A stretch of DNA of 61,117 bases from Solirubrobacterales bacterium (GCA_036489595.1 DASXFL010000067.1:1-61117), one strand, 5' to 3'. Positions 19,598 to 30,462 are shown, counted from the first letter of the stretch. Translations and numbers: made by a program. The notes: generated from the letters alone by a model not told the origin.

Positions 19598-20652
19598 TCG
19601 AAGTTGGCGGCCGCGGGCGCAGCTGCGTCGGCGGTCACGGCCTGGGCACCGCCCGCCGCCGCTTCGACGCACTGGCCCGCGAGCAGCGTCTCGTGGAGGC
19701 CGCGGACCAGCTGCATCGGCAACTTGCCGCCGGCGTAGGAGAGCAGCTCGACGCGGGCGTCACGGAGGGCGCCGAGCCAGCGCGCCGGGGAGCCGGTCGC
19801 GTACGGGCCCGGTTCGGCCGGGCCCGGCCTGGTCGCGAGCTCGGCGGTGCAGGCGACCGCCTGGCCGCCCTCAACGATCACCTCGACCCCAGTGCGCTCG
19901 CAGCCACTGCCGAGATCGCCCTCGACTGTGAGGAAGCAGCGGCCGGCGGCCTCACGGGGCAGCCCGACCAGCGGCAGCGAAAGCATGAAGCCGGCCTCGA
20001 TATCGACCTGGGTCAGCGGCGCCGCCAGCGCCCGCATCTGGAGCTGCTCGCAGTGGCAGGCGACGGCCAGCGGCATCACCCCCTGGCGCGCCCACTCGGT
20101 CACCGCGTAGGGGGTGCCTGAGCCCCTGGACGGCGCCGCTTCGACCAGGCCGGCCATCCGCATGCTCGAGAGCCGCCGCTCCAGCGCCGGATAGCTGAGC
20201 GTCGGGATCACGCTGTCGAGCTCGGTCAGCGACATCGGCCGCCGCGCCAGAGCGCCGAGGATGGTTGATCCCCAGCCGCCGACGAAGGCCTTGATCACGC
20301 CCCTGGCGGAGCCGGTCTCGAGCGAGAGCGGGCCGTCGGGCGCCCCGGCGAGCCACGCCTCGAGGGCGACCGCCACCCCCAACAGGTCGCGTCCGACCGA
20401 GGTCAGCTCATTCTCGACCGCATACGGCATCTCGCTGGCCGGCCGCTTCGCCACGACGCCCAGGGCGCCGAGGCTAGAGAGGTGCCCGCGCAGCGTCGTC
20501 TGCGCCGGCAGCCCGGTTGCCCGCCGCAGCTCGGCGAGCCGCATCGGGCCGGCCGCCAGCGCCTTGATGATCAGGTAGTTGAGCGTGGTCGCGAGGAGAA
20601 CCAACGGGCGCGCACCTGCCCGGAGGGTCCCCTCCTCTCCGATCGCATCCAT
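19537..20652 (-). CDS. Putative transcriptional regulator with two winged-helix (HxlR/ArsR-like) repeats
   Basis: The two repeats are 'LIIKALAAGPMRLAELRRATGLPAQTTLRGHLSSLGALGVVAKR' and 'ILGALARRPMSLTELDSVIPTLSYPALERRLSSMRMAGLVEA'. The start is taken at 'MDAIGEEG', after GAGGGGGAG. Confidence 0.55.
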   Translation of the reverse strand: MDAIGEEGTLRAGARPLVLLATTLNYLIIKALAAGPMRLAELRRATGLPAQTTLRGHLSSLGALGVVAKRPASEMPYAVENELTSVGRDLLGVAVALEAWLAGAPDGPLSLETGSARGVIKAFVGGWGSTILGALARRPMSLTELDSVIPTLSYPALERRLSSMRMAGLVEAAPSRGSGTPYAVTEWARQGVMPLAVACHCEQLQMRALAAPLTQVDIEAGFMLSLPLVGLPREAAGRCFLTVEGDLGSGCERTGVEVIVEGGQAVACTAELATRPGPAEPGPYATGSPARWLGALRDARVELLSYAGGKLPMQLVRGLHETLLAGQCVEAAAGGAQAVTADAAAPAAANFDQPAAASSAAASPRNGTSSS

Positions 20653-20728
20653 TCGTCTCCCCCTCGTATTTTTTTGACCATACAGGGGTTCCTTATCGAA
20701 ACGAAGGATTTCCTTGAGCCGGTGCGCC

Positions 20729-21727
20729 TTAGCCGTAGCGGTCGGCGCCCATCTCCCGCAGCTTCGAGCGGTCATGGGTCGCCTGCACCCGCCGCACGGT
20801 GCCGGAGCGCGAGCGCATCACCAGCGATTCGGTGGTTGCGCCTTTGCCGCGGTAGCGGACGCCTTGGAGGACGTCGCCGTCGGTGACGCCGGTGGCGGAG
20901 AAGAAGACGTCCTCGCCGGAGCAGAGGTCGTCGGCTGTGAGGATCCGGTCGAGGTCGTAGCCGGCTTCGAGCGCAGCGCTCCGCTCCTCGTCGTTCCGCG
21001 GCCACAGCCGCCCCAGCAGCTGGCCGCCCATCGACTTCAGCGCCGCCGCCGAGAGCACCCCCTCGGGGGTGCCGCCGATCCCCCAGAGAAGGTCGACCGG
21101 GGAGCGTTCGGAGACCGCCAGCAGCGCCGCCGAGACGTCGCCGTCGGTGATCAGCCGGATCCGGGCGCCGGCCTCGCGGACTTCGCGGATCGCGTCCTCG
21201 TGACGGGGCCGGTCGAGCATCACCACGATCACGTCACCGACGCTCTCGCCCTTGCGCTCGGCGATCAGCTTCAGCGTCTCGGGCAGCGGCCGGTCGAGGT
21301 CGAGAAGATCGCCGATCTCTTCGCCGCCGGCCATCTTCTCCATGTAGACGCAGGGGCCGGGGTCGAACATCGAGCCGCGCTCGGCGAGGGCGATCACCGC
21401 CAGCGCGCTCGGCATCCCCAGCGCGCAGAGGCGGGTTCCCTCGAGCGGGTCGACGGCGATGTCGACGACCGGCGGCGAGCCGTCGCCGATCGGCTCGCCG
21501 TTGAAGAGCATCGGAGCTTCGTCCTTCTCCCCCTCGCCGATCACGACGGTGCCGTCCATCGAGACCGAGTCGAGGACGAAGCGCATCGCGTCGACGGCGG
21601 CGCCGTCGGCGGCGATCTTGTCGCCGCGGCCGACCCAACGCGCGGCGGCCAGCGCCGCGGCCTCGGTCACGCGGACCAGCTCCAGCGCCAGGTTGCGGTC
21701 CGGCTTGGCCTGCGAGGGGACAGCCAT
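20729..21727 (-). CDS. glpX: Class II fructose-1,6-bisphosphatase
   Basis: 'LALELVRVTEAAALAAARWVGRGDKIAADGAAVDAMR', 'VVIGEGEKDEAPMLFNGE', 'IDLLWGIGGTPEGVLSAAALK'. Confidence 0.9.
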   Translation of the reverse strand: MAVPSQAKPDRNLALELVRVTEAAALAAARWVGRGDKIAADGAAVDAMRFVLDSVSMDGTVVIGEGEKDEAPMLFNGEPIGDGSPPVVDIAVDPLEGTRLCALGMPSALAVIALAERGSMFDPGPCVYMEKMAGGEEIGDLLDLDRPLPETLKLIAERKGESVGDVIVVMLDRPRHEDAIREVREAGARIRLITDGDVSAALLAVSERSPVDLLWGIGGTPEGVLSAAALKSMGGQLLGRLWPRNDEERSAALEAGYDLDRILTADDLCSGEDVFFSATGVTDGDVLQGVRYRGKGATTESLVMRSRSGTVRRVQATHDRSKLREMGADRYG

Positions 21728-21754
21728 GCGGGCCGCAGGCTATAGGGTCCGCGG

Positions 21755-22687
21755 ATGGAGAGTCGCTGGGGCCTGTCGCTGCCGCTCGCCGGCGTCGGCC
21801 TCGCCGCCCAGCGGGATCACGTGGTCCGCGCCGAGGCGCTCGGCTACACCGACCTCTGGACCGGCGAGACCGCCGGGCCGGACGGCTTCACGCCGCTCGC
21901 CGTCGCCGCTTCCTACACCGAGCGGATGCGGCTCGGAACCGGCATCGTCGGCGTCTTCCAGCGCGGCCCGGCGCTGCTGGCGATGCAGGCGGCGGCGCTC
22001 GCCTCGGCGGCGCCGGGGCGGTTCGTGCTCGGGATCGGCGCCTCCTCGGACCGGATCGTCGAAGGCTGGAACGGGATCCACTTCGAGCGGCCGCTGTCCA
22101 AGGTCGAGGAGTCGCTCGGGTTCCTGCAGACCGCGCTCGCGGGCGAGCGCACCGAGACCCGCTTCAAGCTCGAAGAACCGCCAGCCGAGCGGGTGCCGAT
22201 CGTGCTGGCGGCGCTGCGCGGGAAGATGCTGCGGCTGGCCGTGGAGCGGGCCGACGGCGCCTTCACCAACTTCCTCCCGCTCGGCGGCCTGCCCCAGGTC
22301 GCCGCCCAGCTCGACGGCGCGGGCGCGGACTTCGACCTCCTCTGCCGCTTCTTCTGCATCCCCGGCGAGCGCGAGCAGGTCGAGCCGCTGGCGCGGATGA
22401 TGTTCTCCTCCTACATCACCGTCCCGGTCTACGAGCAGTTCTACCGCTGGCTCGGCTACGGCGAGCAGATCGAGGCGATGGTCACGGCGTGGCGGGGGGG
22501 CGACCGCAAGGCGGCGGCCGAGGCGGCGCCCTGGGAGCTGATCGAGGAGATGTTCATCCTCGGTTCGCCCGAGCAGATGAAGGAGCAGCTGGCGGCCTTC
22601 GTCGAGGGCGGCATCACGACGCCGGTGCTGACGCCGATCGTCCCGCCCGAGGGGCTGGCCGAGGCGATCGCGGCGCTCGCGCCATAG
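21755..22687 (+). CDS. LLM-class (luciferase-like) F420-dependent oxidoreductase
   Basis: 'AEALGYTDLWTGETAGPDGFTPLA', 'RFVLGIGASSDRIVEGWNGIHF'. Confidence 0.8.
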   Translation: MESRWGLSLPLAGVGLAAQRDHVVRAEALGYTDLWTGETAGPDGFTPLAVAASYTERMRLGTGIVGVFQRGPALLAMQAAALASAAPGRFVLGIGASSDRIVEGWNGIHFERPLSKVEESLGFLQTALAGERTETRFKLEEPPAERVPIVLAALRGKMLRLAVERADGAFTNFLPLGGLPQVAAQLDGAGADFDLLCRFFCIPGEREQVEPLARMMFSSYITVPVYEQFYRWLGYGEQIEAMVTAWRGGDRKAAAEAAPWELIEEMFILGSPEQMKEQLAAFVEGGITTPVLTPIVPPEGLAEAIAALAP

Positions 22688-22895
22688 TGGGAACGAGACG
22701 CAGCGCCGAGACGACGATGGTCGCAACGGTTGCGGCCGCCGGCCATCGTCCCGCTGCCGACCGAGTAAACCGTGCTGAAGCCGGGCGAAGGGGGCCTCGA
22801 GAGGAGCTGCCACCAGGCCCAGGATGTCGCCCAGGGCGTGCTCTCGGGGTCCTCGAGCGGGGAACCGCTCCCAAGCTCGCTCGGTCGACCGCCGT

Positions 22896-23834
22896 CTAGC
22901 GCTCGGTCAGCGGGCCGTAGGCGTCGGGGCGGCGGGTCGAGAGCAGCGGAAAGAGCTCGAGCCAGTCGCGGCGCTGGTCGAGGTCGAGGTCGGCGACGAG
23001 GACGGCGGGCTCGTCGCGCGGCGCCTGCACCAGTACCCGCCCGTAGGGGTCGCTGACGAACGAGGAGCCGTAGAAGCTCAGCGGCGGCTCGGAGCCGATC
23101 CGGTTGACGGCGACCATGAAGAGGCCGTTGGCGATCCCGTGGGAGACAATCACCTGGTGCCAGAGCGGCTCGGTGTCGAACTCGGGGTGGTCGGGCTCGG
23201 AGCCGATCGCGGTCGGGTAGACGACGACGTCGGCGCCCTCGAGGCTGTAGGCGCGGGCGACCTCGGGAAACCACTGGTCCCAGCAGGTCGGCAGGCCGAG
23301 GGCGGCGTCGCCGAGGCGCAGCAGCGGGAAGGCGCCCTCGCCGGCGGGGCCGCCGCGAAAGTAGCGGTCCTCGTAATAGCCGGCGGTGATCGGGATGTGG
23401 AGCTTGCGGGTGCGGGCGACCACCTCCCCCGCCGGCGAGACGACGATCGCGGTGTTGAAGCCGAGCCCGTCCGCGGCGTCGGCGCGCTCGTAGAGCGAGG
23501 CGTGGACATGGACGCCGAGCTCGGCGGCCATCCGCATCGCGAAATCGAAGCTCGGCCCGCCGGGAAGGTCCTCCGGCCCGGCGCCGACCACCTCTGGCCC
23601 GCCCTCCTCGACGGCGAAATAGCGACTCAGGGTCAGCTCCTGCAGGCAGACTAGGCGGGCGCCCTCGGCGGCGGCGATCTCGATTCCCGCCCGCAAGCTT
23701 TCCTCGTGCTCCTCGGGGTCGTCGTGCCAGCGCTGCTGGACGGCGCCGATCCGGAACGGCTCGCGGCTCGGCGGCCGGATTCGGGCCGGCGACTCCGGGG
23801 CCTCGGTGGCAACGATCAGGCGGAGCTCCTCCAT
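22896..23834 (-). CDS. aguB: N-carbamoylputrescine amidase (carbon-nitrogen hydrolase family)
   Basis: 'FRIGAVQQRWHDD', 'ARLVCLQELTLSRYF', and a nitrilase-type Cys context 'LGLPTCWDQWFPE'. The start is taken at 'MEELRLIV'. Confidence 0.85.
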   Translation of the reverse strand: MEELRLIVATEAPESPARIRPPSREPFRIGAVQQRWHDDPEEHEESLRAGIEIAAAEGARLVCLQELTLSRYFAVEEGGPEVVGAGPEDLPGGPSFDFAMRMAAELGVHVHASLYERADAADGLGFNTAIVVSPAGEVVARTRKLHIPITAGYYEDRYFRGGPAGEGAFPLLRLGDAALGLPTCWDQWFPEVARAYSLEGADVVVYPTAIGSEPDHPEFDTEPLWHQVIVSHGIANGLFMVAVNRIGSEPPLSFYGSSFVSDPYGRVLVQAPRDEPAVLVADLDLDQRRDWLELFPLLSTRRPDAYGPLTER

Positions 23835-23856
23835 CGAGGGTGGAAGATAGACGGCG

Positions 23857-25065
23857 ATGAGCACCGCCATCCTCGACTCGACCCCGAAGGCCGACGGCTT
23901 CCGGATGCCTGGCGAGTTCGAGCCCCACGCCGGCTGCTGGATGCTCTGGCCCGAGCGCGCCGACAACTGGCGCCGCGAGGCCGGTCCAGCGCAGGCGGCG
24001 TTCGCCGCCGTCGCCGCGGCGATCGCCGCCGTCGAGCCGGTCACGGTCGGCGCCTCCGCCGTCCAGCTCGAGCGGGCGCGGGCGGCGCTGCCGGCGGCGG
24101 TGCGGGTGGTCGAGCTCGCCGCCGACGATGCCTGGATGCGCGACGTCGGCCCGACCTTCGTCGTCGACGGCGAGGGCCGGCGGCGCGGCGTCGACTGGCG
24201 CTTCAACGCCTGGGGCGGCGCCGACGGCGGCCTCTACCACCCTTGGGACCGCGACGAACGGGTCGCCGCCGCGGTCCTCGCGGTCGAGGGCGCGGCACGC
24301 TACCGGGCGCCGCTGATACTCGAGGGCGGCTCGATCCACGTCGACGGCGAGGGCACCGTGCTGACCACCGAGGAGTGCCTGCTGAACCGCAATCGCAACC
24401 CCGAGCTCTCGCGCGAGCAGATCGAGCGGCACCTGCTCGACTACCTCGGCGCCGGGACGGTGCTCTGGCTCGGCCGCGGCGTCTTCGCCGACGAGACCGA
24501 CGGTCACGTCGACAACCTCGCCTGCTTCGCTCGGCCGGGGGTAGTGCTGCTGAGCTGGACCGACGACCCCTCCGACCCCCAGCACGAGATCTCGGTCGAC
24601 GCCCGGCGGCGGCTCGAAGCCGCAACCGACACCCGCGGCCGCCCGCTCGAGGTCGTCCTCCTCCCCTCCCCCGGGCCGCTCGTCGCCGCGACGGAGGAGG
24701 CGGCGGGAGTCGAGCACGTCGCCGGCACCCAGCCGCGTCGCGCCGGCGACCGCCTCGCCGGCTCCTACGTCAACTTCTACCTCGCCAACGGGCGGCTGGT
24801 GATGCCACTGCTCGACGAGCGCCACGACGAGGAGGCAGCCGCAATCCTGCGCGAGACCTTCCCCGGGCGCGAAGTCGTCGGCGTGCCGGCCCGCGAGATC
24901 CTGCTCGGCGGCGGCAACGTCCACTGCATCACCCAGCAGGTACCAACCGCTTCCTCCTCCGCTTCGCGTCCGGGGGAGGCGGCAACGCGCCAGACCGACG
25001 CCGCTCGCGAAGAATCAGGCCGTGACGTTCGCTATTCGGAGGCCCGGGCGAGCGAGAGCACGTAG
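23857..25065 (+). CDS. aguA: Agmatine deiminase
   Basis: '[20 protein letters not shown]', '[10 protein letters not shown]', '[11 protein letters not shown]', and the C-terminal catalytic '[11 protein letters not shown]'. Confidence 0.9.
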   Translation: MSTAILDSTPKADGFRMPGEFEPHAGCWMLWPERADNWRREAGPAQAAFAAVAAAIAAVEPVTVGASAVQLERARAALPAAVRVVELAADDAWMRDVGPTFVVDGEGRRRGVDWRFNAWGGADGGLYHPWDRDERVAAAVLAVEGAARYRAPLILEGGSIHVDGEGTVLTTEECLLNRNRNPELSREQIERHLLDYLGAGTVLWLGRGVFADETDGHVDNLACFARPGVVLLSWTDDPSDPQHEISVDARRRLEAATDTRGRPLEVVLLPSPGPLVAATEEAAGVEHVAGTQPRRAGDRLAGSYVNFYLANGRLVMPLLDERHDEEAAAILRETFPGREVVGVPAREILLGGGNVHCITQQVPTASSSASRPGEAATRQTDAAREESGRDVRYSEARASEST

Positions 25066-26006
25066 TCCTCAGCCTCGTCGGTGAACCAGCCGACCAGCTC
25101 CAGCCCCGCCTCGGCGTAGACCGCCTCCAGCCGCGGCCGCGAGAACTTGGTCGAGATCTCGGTCCGCATCTCCTCGCCGACCGCGAAGTGGGTGACGAGG
25201 TCGATCCCCTCGAGCCGCACGTCCTGGTCGCAGAGCGAGCGCAGGCGGATATCCATCCGCTCCTCGCGCTCGTCGAAGCGGGCGACGTGCTCGAAGCAGT
25301 CGAGGTCGAAGTCGGCGTCGAGCTCGCGGTTGAGGACGTTGAGGACGTTCTTGTTGAACTCGGCAGTGACCCCGCCCGGGTCGTCGTAGGCGAGCTCGAG
25401 CCGGGCCCGGTCCTTGATCAGGTCGGTGCCGAGCAGGAGGTGGTCGCCTGGGTCGAGCAGGGCCCGGATGCGAGCGAGGAAGTCGCGGCGCGGCCCCGGA
25501 TAGAGGTTGCCGATCGTGCCGCCGAGGAAGGCGATCAGCCGCGGCGCCACCGCCTGCGGGATCCGCTCCAGGTGGCGCTCGAAGTCGCAGACGACCCCGT
25601 GGACGGCGAGCCCCGGGTACTCCTCGACCAGCGCCTCGGCGGTTTCCTGGGTGATCTCCTCGGAGATGTCGACCGGGGCGTAGACCTCGAGGCTGCCGGC
25701 TTCGCGCATCGCGTCCAGCAGGACCCGGGTCTTCGCCGCCGAGCCCGAGCCGAGCTCGATCAGCGTCCGCGGCGAGCCGGCGGCGGCGGCGATCTCGGCG
25801 GCACGGCCGGTCAGGATCGCGCGCTCGGCCCGGGTCGGGTAGTACTCCTCGAGCTCGGTGATCCGCTCGAACAGCCGCGAGCCGCGCTCGTCGTAGAACC
25901 ACTTCGGCGCCAGCTCCTTCGGCCAGGCCGAGAGCCCGGCGCGGACGTCGCGCGCCATCGTCGCCGTCGTGTCGGCATCGAGATGGACGTCGATCGCGAT
26001 CGTCAT
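25032..26006 (-). CDS. egtD: L-histidine N-alpha-methyltransferase (ergothioneine pathway)
   Basis: '[28 protein letters not shown]', '[10 protein letters not shown]', 'FLGGTIGN', 'EISTKFS'. The ATG overlaps the egtB stop (ATGA at 26003-26006). Confidence 0.9.
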   Translation of the reverse strand: MTIAIDVHLDADTTATMARDVRAGLSAWPKELAPKWFYDERGSRLFERITELEEYYPTRAERAILTGRAAEIAAAAGSPRTLIELGSGSAAKTRVLLDAMREAGSLEVYAPVDISEEITQETAEALVEEYPGLAVHGVVCDFERHLERIPQAVAPRLIAFLGGTIGNLYPGPRRDFLARIRALLDPGDHLLLGTDLIKDRARLELAYDDPGGVTAEFNKNVLNVLNRELDADFDLDCFEHVARFDEREERMDIRLRSLCDQDVRLEGIDLVTHFAVGEEMRTEISTKFSRPRLEAVYAEAGLELVGWFTDEAEDYVLSLARASE

Positions 26007-27109
26007 GCGTCCTCGGCGAGGCGGACGCCGGCGAAGATCTGGCGGCGCTGCGGCAGGTCCCAGTTGCGGAAGCTCGGCCGTGCCACTCGCGGATCGGTCG
26101 CCCAGGAGGCGCCGCGCAGCACCTTGTGCTCCTCGCCGAAGAAGGCCTCGGAGTACTCGCGGTAGGGGAACGCCTCGAAGCCGGGGTAGGCGCGGAAGTC
26201 GGAGCTGGTCCATTCCCAGGCCTGGCCGACCGAGTCCAGGCGGTCGCTCGCGACCTCCCACTCGAGCTCGGTGGGGAGCCGCTTACCGGCCCAGCGCGCG
26301 AGCGCCTCCGCCTCGTGCCAGGAGACGTGGAGGGCCGGATGGTCGGGCGCAACTGGCTGGCGTCGGCCCCGCGCAGCGTCGACCCAGCCGCCGTTCCCGT
26401 CGCGCTCCCAGTACATCGGCGCCTCGGCCCCGGTCGCCTCCATGAACCTGAGGTACGTGGCGTTGGTGACCGGGGTTCGATCGATCGCGAAGGCGCCGAG
26501 CTCGACCGCGTGGCGCGGCCGCTCGTTGTCGTAGGCGAAGCCCTGCGCCGGGGCGCCGATCTCGTGCTCGCCGGCGGCCACGACCACAGTCTCCGCGCCC
26601 TCGGCCTCGACTGGCCGGGTGCCGATCGGCAGCGGCAGCTCGTAGCCGTCGAGCAGCTGGAGCAGTTGCAGCATCGTCTCCTGGTGCTGGAGCTCGTGCG
26701 CCGCCAGCATCTCGTAGACGAAGCCTTCGCGCAGCAGTCGCTCCCCAGCGCCGGCGGAGACGTCGACGCCCGCGAGCACGTCGAGGGCGCGCTCGCGGAC
26801 CTCGCCCATGTAGGCGCGCAGCTCCTCGCCGTGGAGGATCGGCAGCTCGCCGCGAATCCTCCGCGGGCTCTCGATCGCGTCGTAGAAGCTGCGCAGCTCG
26901 CCGTGGAGAGGCGATCGGCCGCCGACCCGCTGCACCAGCCACAGCTCCTCGAAGTTGGCGATGTGGCCGAGGTCCCAGGCGAGCGGGCTGAGGAGCGGCG
27001 AGTAGACGGTGTTGAGCTGCTCGTCGTCGAGCGGCGCCACCAGGGCGAGGGTGCGCCGACGGGCCTCCTCCAGGAGCTCCGCTATCGCTGCCTTCGACGC
27101 TGAGGACAC
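26003..27109 (-). CDS. egtB: EgtB-like sulfoxide synthase (DinB-like plus FGE-sulfatase domains)
   Basis: '[18 protein letters not shown]', '[11 protein letters not shown]', '[17 protein letters not shown]', '[17 protein letters not shown]'. The start is placed at GTG 27109. The long upstream extension in the ORF track is Arg/Gly-rich and runs antisense to the SDR gene. Confidence 0.8.
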   Translation of the reverse strand: MSSASKAAIAELLEEARRRTLALVAPLDDEQLNTVYSPLLSPLAWDLGHIANFEELWLVQRVGGRSPLHGELRSFYDAIESPRRIRGELPILHGEELRAYMGEVRERALDVLAGVDVSAGAGERLLREGFVYEMLAAHELQHQETMLQLLQLLDGYELPLPIGTRPVEAEGAETVVVAAGEHEIGAPAQGFAYDNERPRHAVELGAFAIDRTPVTNATYLRFMEATGAEAPMYWERDGNGGWVDAARGRRQPVAPDHPALHVSWHEAEALARWAGKRLPTELEWEVASDRLDSVGQAWEWTSSDFRAYPGFEAFPYREYSEAFFGEEHKVLRGASWATDPRVARPSFRNWDLPQRRQIFAGVRLAEDA

Positions 27110-27196
27110 CTCGGTCGCGATGCGACGACCGTAGCGCAGTCGGATTACCAGGTTGTGAACCCGACTGGCGATGAAGAGGTGGATAGGGTTGACGCG

Positions 27197-27958
<762 letters not shown>

Positions 27959-27961
27959 CCA

Positions 27962-28000
27962 GAGCTGCATTTGGTGCTCCCTCGCCCCCAAATGCAGTTC
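27962..28000. repeat. Palindromic hairpin element, copy A (CTGCATTTGG...CCAAATGCAG)
   Basis: A 10-bp perfect stem (27965-27974 with 27988-27997) extends to 13 bp if a G-T pair is allowed. It lies between two convergent stops. A near-identical core occurs at 37966-38002. Confidence 0.5.
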
Positions 28001-28019
28001 CAGTCATCCAGCCGGCCGG

Positions 28020-28937
28020 TCATTCGGTTCCCGGCGCCTCGGGGTCGTGCCAGACCTGCTTCAGCCAGGGCGGGATCACGGCGAAGGTCGAGTGGGTGTG
28101 GGCGGCGATCGGCTCCAGCGGCACGAGGTGGACGCGGCGGCCGGGGATGAAGCGGGTGCCGCGGTCGTGGCCGACGTTGCCGGCGTGGGAGCCGCCGGAG
28201 ATTTCGACCAGGCCGGTCTCCGGCCCCCAGCCATCGGGCTCGCGCAGGCCGACGTCTTCGGTCGCTTCGCGGACGATGTCGAGGCCGGCGTCGGAGCCGC
28301 CATTGGCGAGGCTGCGTTCGTAGTTGTAGCCGTGGTGGGAGGAGGCGCGCTCCTCCACCCGGCCATCGGGCCCGATCCGCACCCCGACGCTTTCCCAGTC
28401 GTCGTGGTGCTCGTCGAGCGGGCCGAGCACGGGGATCTGGCCGGTGGTCGAGTTGGCGTAGTAGAGCCAGTACTGGATGTAGAGCGAGCCGGCGCGAGGG
28501 CCGGAGCAGTCGAAGGCCGCCGTTTCGCTTCGCTCCCGCACCCCGGCGCGGCAGTCGACCACGTGGACGAAGGCGGTGACCGGCAGCCGCTCGTCGCTGC
28601 GGTGGACGAGCCCCGCTTCGGCGCCGTCGCCGCAGTCGGTGATGCGGCAGCGCCGCCAGTCCACCGGCAGCGCCCGCGAGCCCGCCTCGAAGGCCAGGGT
28701 CGGCATGTGCCGCCGCACCAGCCGCCCGACTTCATCGCCATAGTCGGCGATCAGCAGCGGCTCGTCGCCGCAGCCGTCGGCCAGCGCCGCGGCGCAGACG
28801 ATCCGCCCGGCGAGCTCCCGCGCCAGCTCCCCGCCGGGCACCGCCGCCCCGGCCGCCAGCAGCGCGACCAGTGCCAGCGCGACCACGCCCAGCAGCCCGA
28901 CCAGCTCGACCGTCCCCTGTCCCTGCTCGGAATCCAC
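28020..28937 (-). CDS. Uncharacterised exported or membrane-anchored protein
   Basis: The N-terminus 'MDSEQGQGTVELVGLLGVVALALVALLAAGAAV' resembles a TadE/pseudopilin-type hydrophobic segment. A central motif 'LYIQYWLYYANS...DEHHDDWESVGVRI' is present, along with several Cys residues. Confidence 0.6.
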   Translation of the reverse strand: MDSEQGQGTVELVGLLGVVALALVALLAAGAAVPGGELARELAGRIVCAAALADGCGDEPLLIADYGDEVGRLVRRHMPTLAFEAGSRALPVDWRRCRITDCGDGAEAGLVHRSDERLPVTAFVHVVDCRAGVRERSETAAFDCSGPRAGSLYIQYWLYYANSTTGQIPVLGPLDEHHDDWESVGVRIGPDGRVEERASSHHGYNYERSLANGGSDAGLDIVREATEDVGLREPDGWGPETGLVEISGGSHAGNVGHDRGTRFIPGRRVHLVPLEPIAAHTHSTFAVIPPWLKQVWHDPEAPGTE

Positions 28938-29046
28938 CCGGCGAGCCTGGCGCCGGAATTCCTACGCGTGGGTGACCCAGGTGCCGACTCTCGCGCCGCC
29001 GCGGCGGCCGATCCCCGACGCTGCGAGCTGCGCCCGCGGCGGCCCG

Positions 29047-30462
29047 CTAGAGGTTCTGAATCTCGGCGGCGATTTCCGACGCCGCCGCTTTCGCGTCGGC
29101 GAAGACCATCGAGGTGTTCGGTTCGTAGAAGAGGTCGTTGTCGATGCCGGCGAAGCCGGGGCTGAGGGAGCGCTTGATCACGATCACCTCGCCTGCCTCG
29201 GAGACCTCGATGATCGGCATCCCGGCGATCGGCGAGTTGGGGTCGTTCTTGGCCGCCGGGTTGGTGACGTCGTTGGCGCCGATGACGACGGCGACGTCGG
29301 TGCGGGGCAGCTCGGAGTTGATGTCCTCCATCTCGCGCAGCTGCTCGTAGGGCACGTCGGCCTCGGCGAGGAGGACGTTCATGTGGCCCGGCATCCGACC
29401 CGCGACCGGGTGGATCGCGTAGTTGACGGTGACGCCGCGCTTGGTCAGCTCGTCGGCCACCTCCTTGACCGCGTGCTGGGCCTGGGCGACCGCGAGGCCG
29501 TAGCCGGGGACGAAGACCACGGTGTCGGCGTAGGCGAGCTTGATCGCCGCGTCGGTGGCGCCGATCGAGGTGTGAGGGCGCTCGCCGATCGCGGTCGCGG
29601 CGCCGCCGGCCGGGGCACCGCCGAAGCCGGCGAAGAGGATGTTCGGCACCGAGCGGTTCATCGCCGTCGCCATCTCCATGGTGAGGATCGTTCCCGAGGA
29701 GCCGACCAGGGTGCCGGCGACGATCAGCGCCACGTTCTCGAGTGCGAAGCCCGCCGCCGCGGCCGAGAGACCGGTGAAGGCGTTCAGGAGGCTGATCACC
29801 ACCGGCATGTCGGCGCCGCCGATCGGCAGGACGACGAGGTTGCCGAGGATCGCCGCCGCGACCAGGATCAGGATGAAGAGGCCCTGCGAGGGCGGATCGT
29901 TGTTGATCGCGATGATCACCGCGACGACGATCACGCCGATCCCGAGGATCGCATTGATGAACTGCTGACCCGGGACCGAGAGCGGCTTCGTCGGGATCAG
30001 GTCCTGGAGCTTGGCGAAGGCGATGTTCGAGCCCCAGAAGCTGACCGAGCCGACGATCGCCGCAAACAGGGTCGGGATCAGCTCTTCCAGCGGCACCGGG
30101 CCGCCGAGGCTGATCCCATGCCGGATCTCCGACCAGGCGATCAGCGCCACGGCGCCGCCGCCAACGCCGTTGTAAAGGGCGACCATCTGCGGCATCTGGG
30201 TCATCTGCACCCGCACCGAGGCGACGAAGCCGATTGCCGAGCCGGCGGCGAGGCCGATGATGATCAGCCCCCAGTTGCCCATCCCGTCGAGCAGCAGCGT
30301 CGTCACCACGGCGACCGCCATGCCGGCGGCGGCGACCAGGTTGCCCTGTTTCGCGGTGGTCGGATGGGTGCCGCGTTTGATCCCGATGATGAAGAGCGAG
30401 AAGGCGACGATGTAGAGGGCGGTCGCTGCGTCGCCGCCCGGCTTCAGCACGGCGAGGAGCAT
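29047..30462 (-). CDS. pntB: NAD(P) transhydrogenase subunit beta
   Basis: Multiple N-terminal TM helices, and a C-terminal dIII domain 'VVFVPGYGLAVAQAQH...GRMPGHMNVLLAEA...VIGANDVTNPAA'. Confidence 0.9.
   Translation of the reverse strand: MLLAVLKPGGDAATALYIVAFSLFIIGIKRGTHPTTAKQGNLVAAAGMAVAVVTTLLLDGMGNWGLIIIGLAAGSAIGFVASVRVQMTQMPQMVALYNGVGGGAVALIAWSEIRHGISLGGPVPLEELIPTLFAAIVGSVSFWGSNIAFAKLQDLIPTKPLSVPGQQFINAILGIGVIVVAVIIAINNDPPSQGLFILILVAAAILGNLVVLPIGGADMPVVISLLNAFTGLSAAAAGFALENVALIVAGTLVGSSGTILTMEMATAMNRSVPNILFAGFGGAPAGGAATAIGERPHTSIGATDAAIKLAYADTVVFVPGYGLAVAQAQHAVKEVADELTKRGVTVNYAIHPVAGRMPGHMNVLLAEADVPYEQLREMEDINSELPRTDVAVVIGANDVTNPAAKNDPNSPIAGMPIIEVSEAGEVIVIKRSLSPGFAGIDNDLFYEPNTSMVFADAKAAASEIAAEIQNL

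Noticed and set aside
22688-22895. 208-nt gap between convergent LLM and aguB genes as a possible small gene or RNA
   Set aside because: It contains only short hairpins (GACGATGG...CCATCGTC, GCAAC-G-GTTGC) consistent with terminators. GC stays high, and no ORF shows codon bias or a ribosome-binding site.
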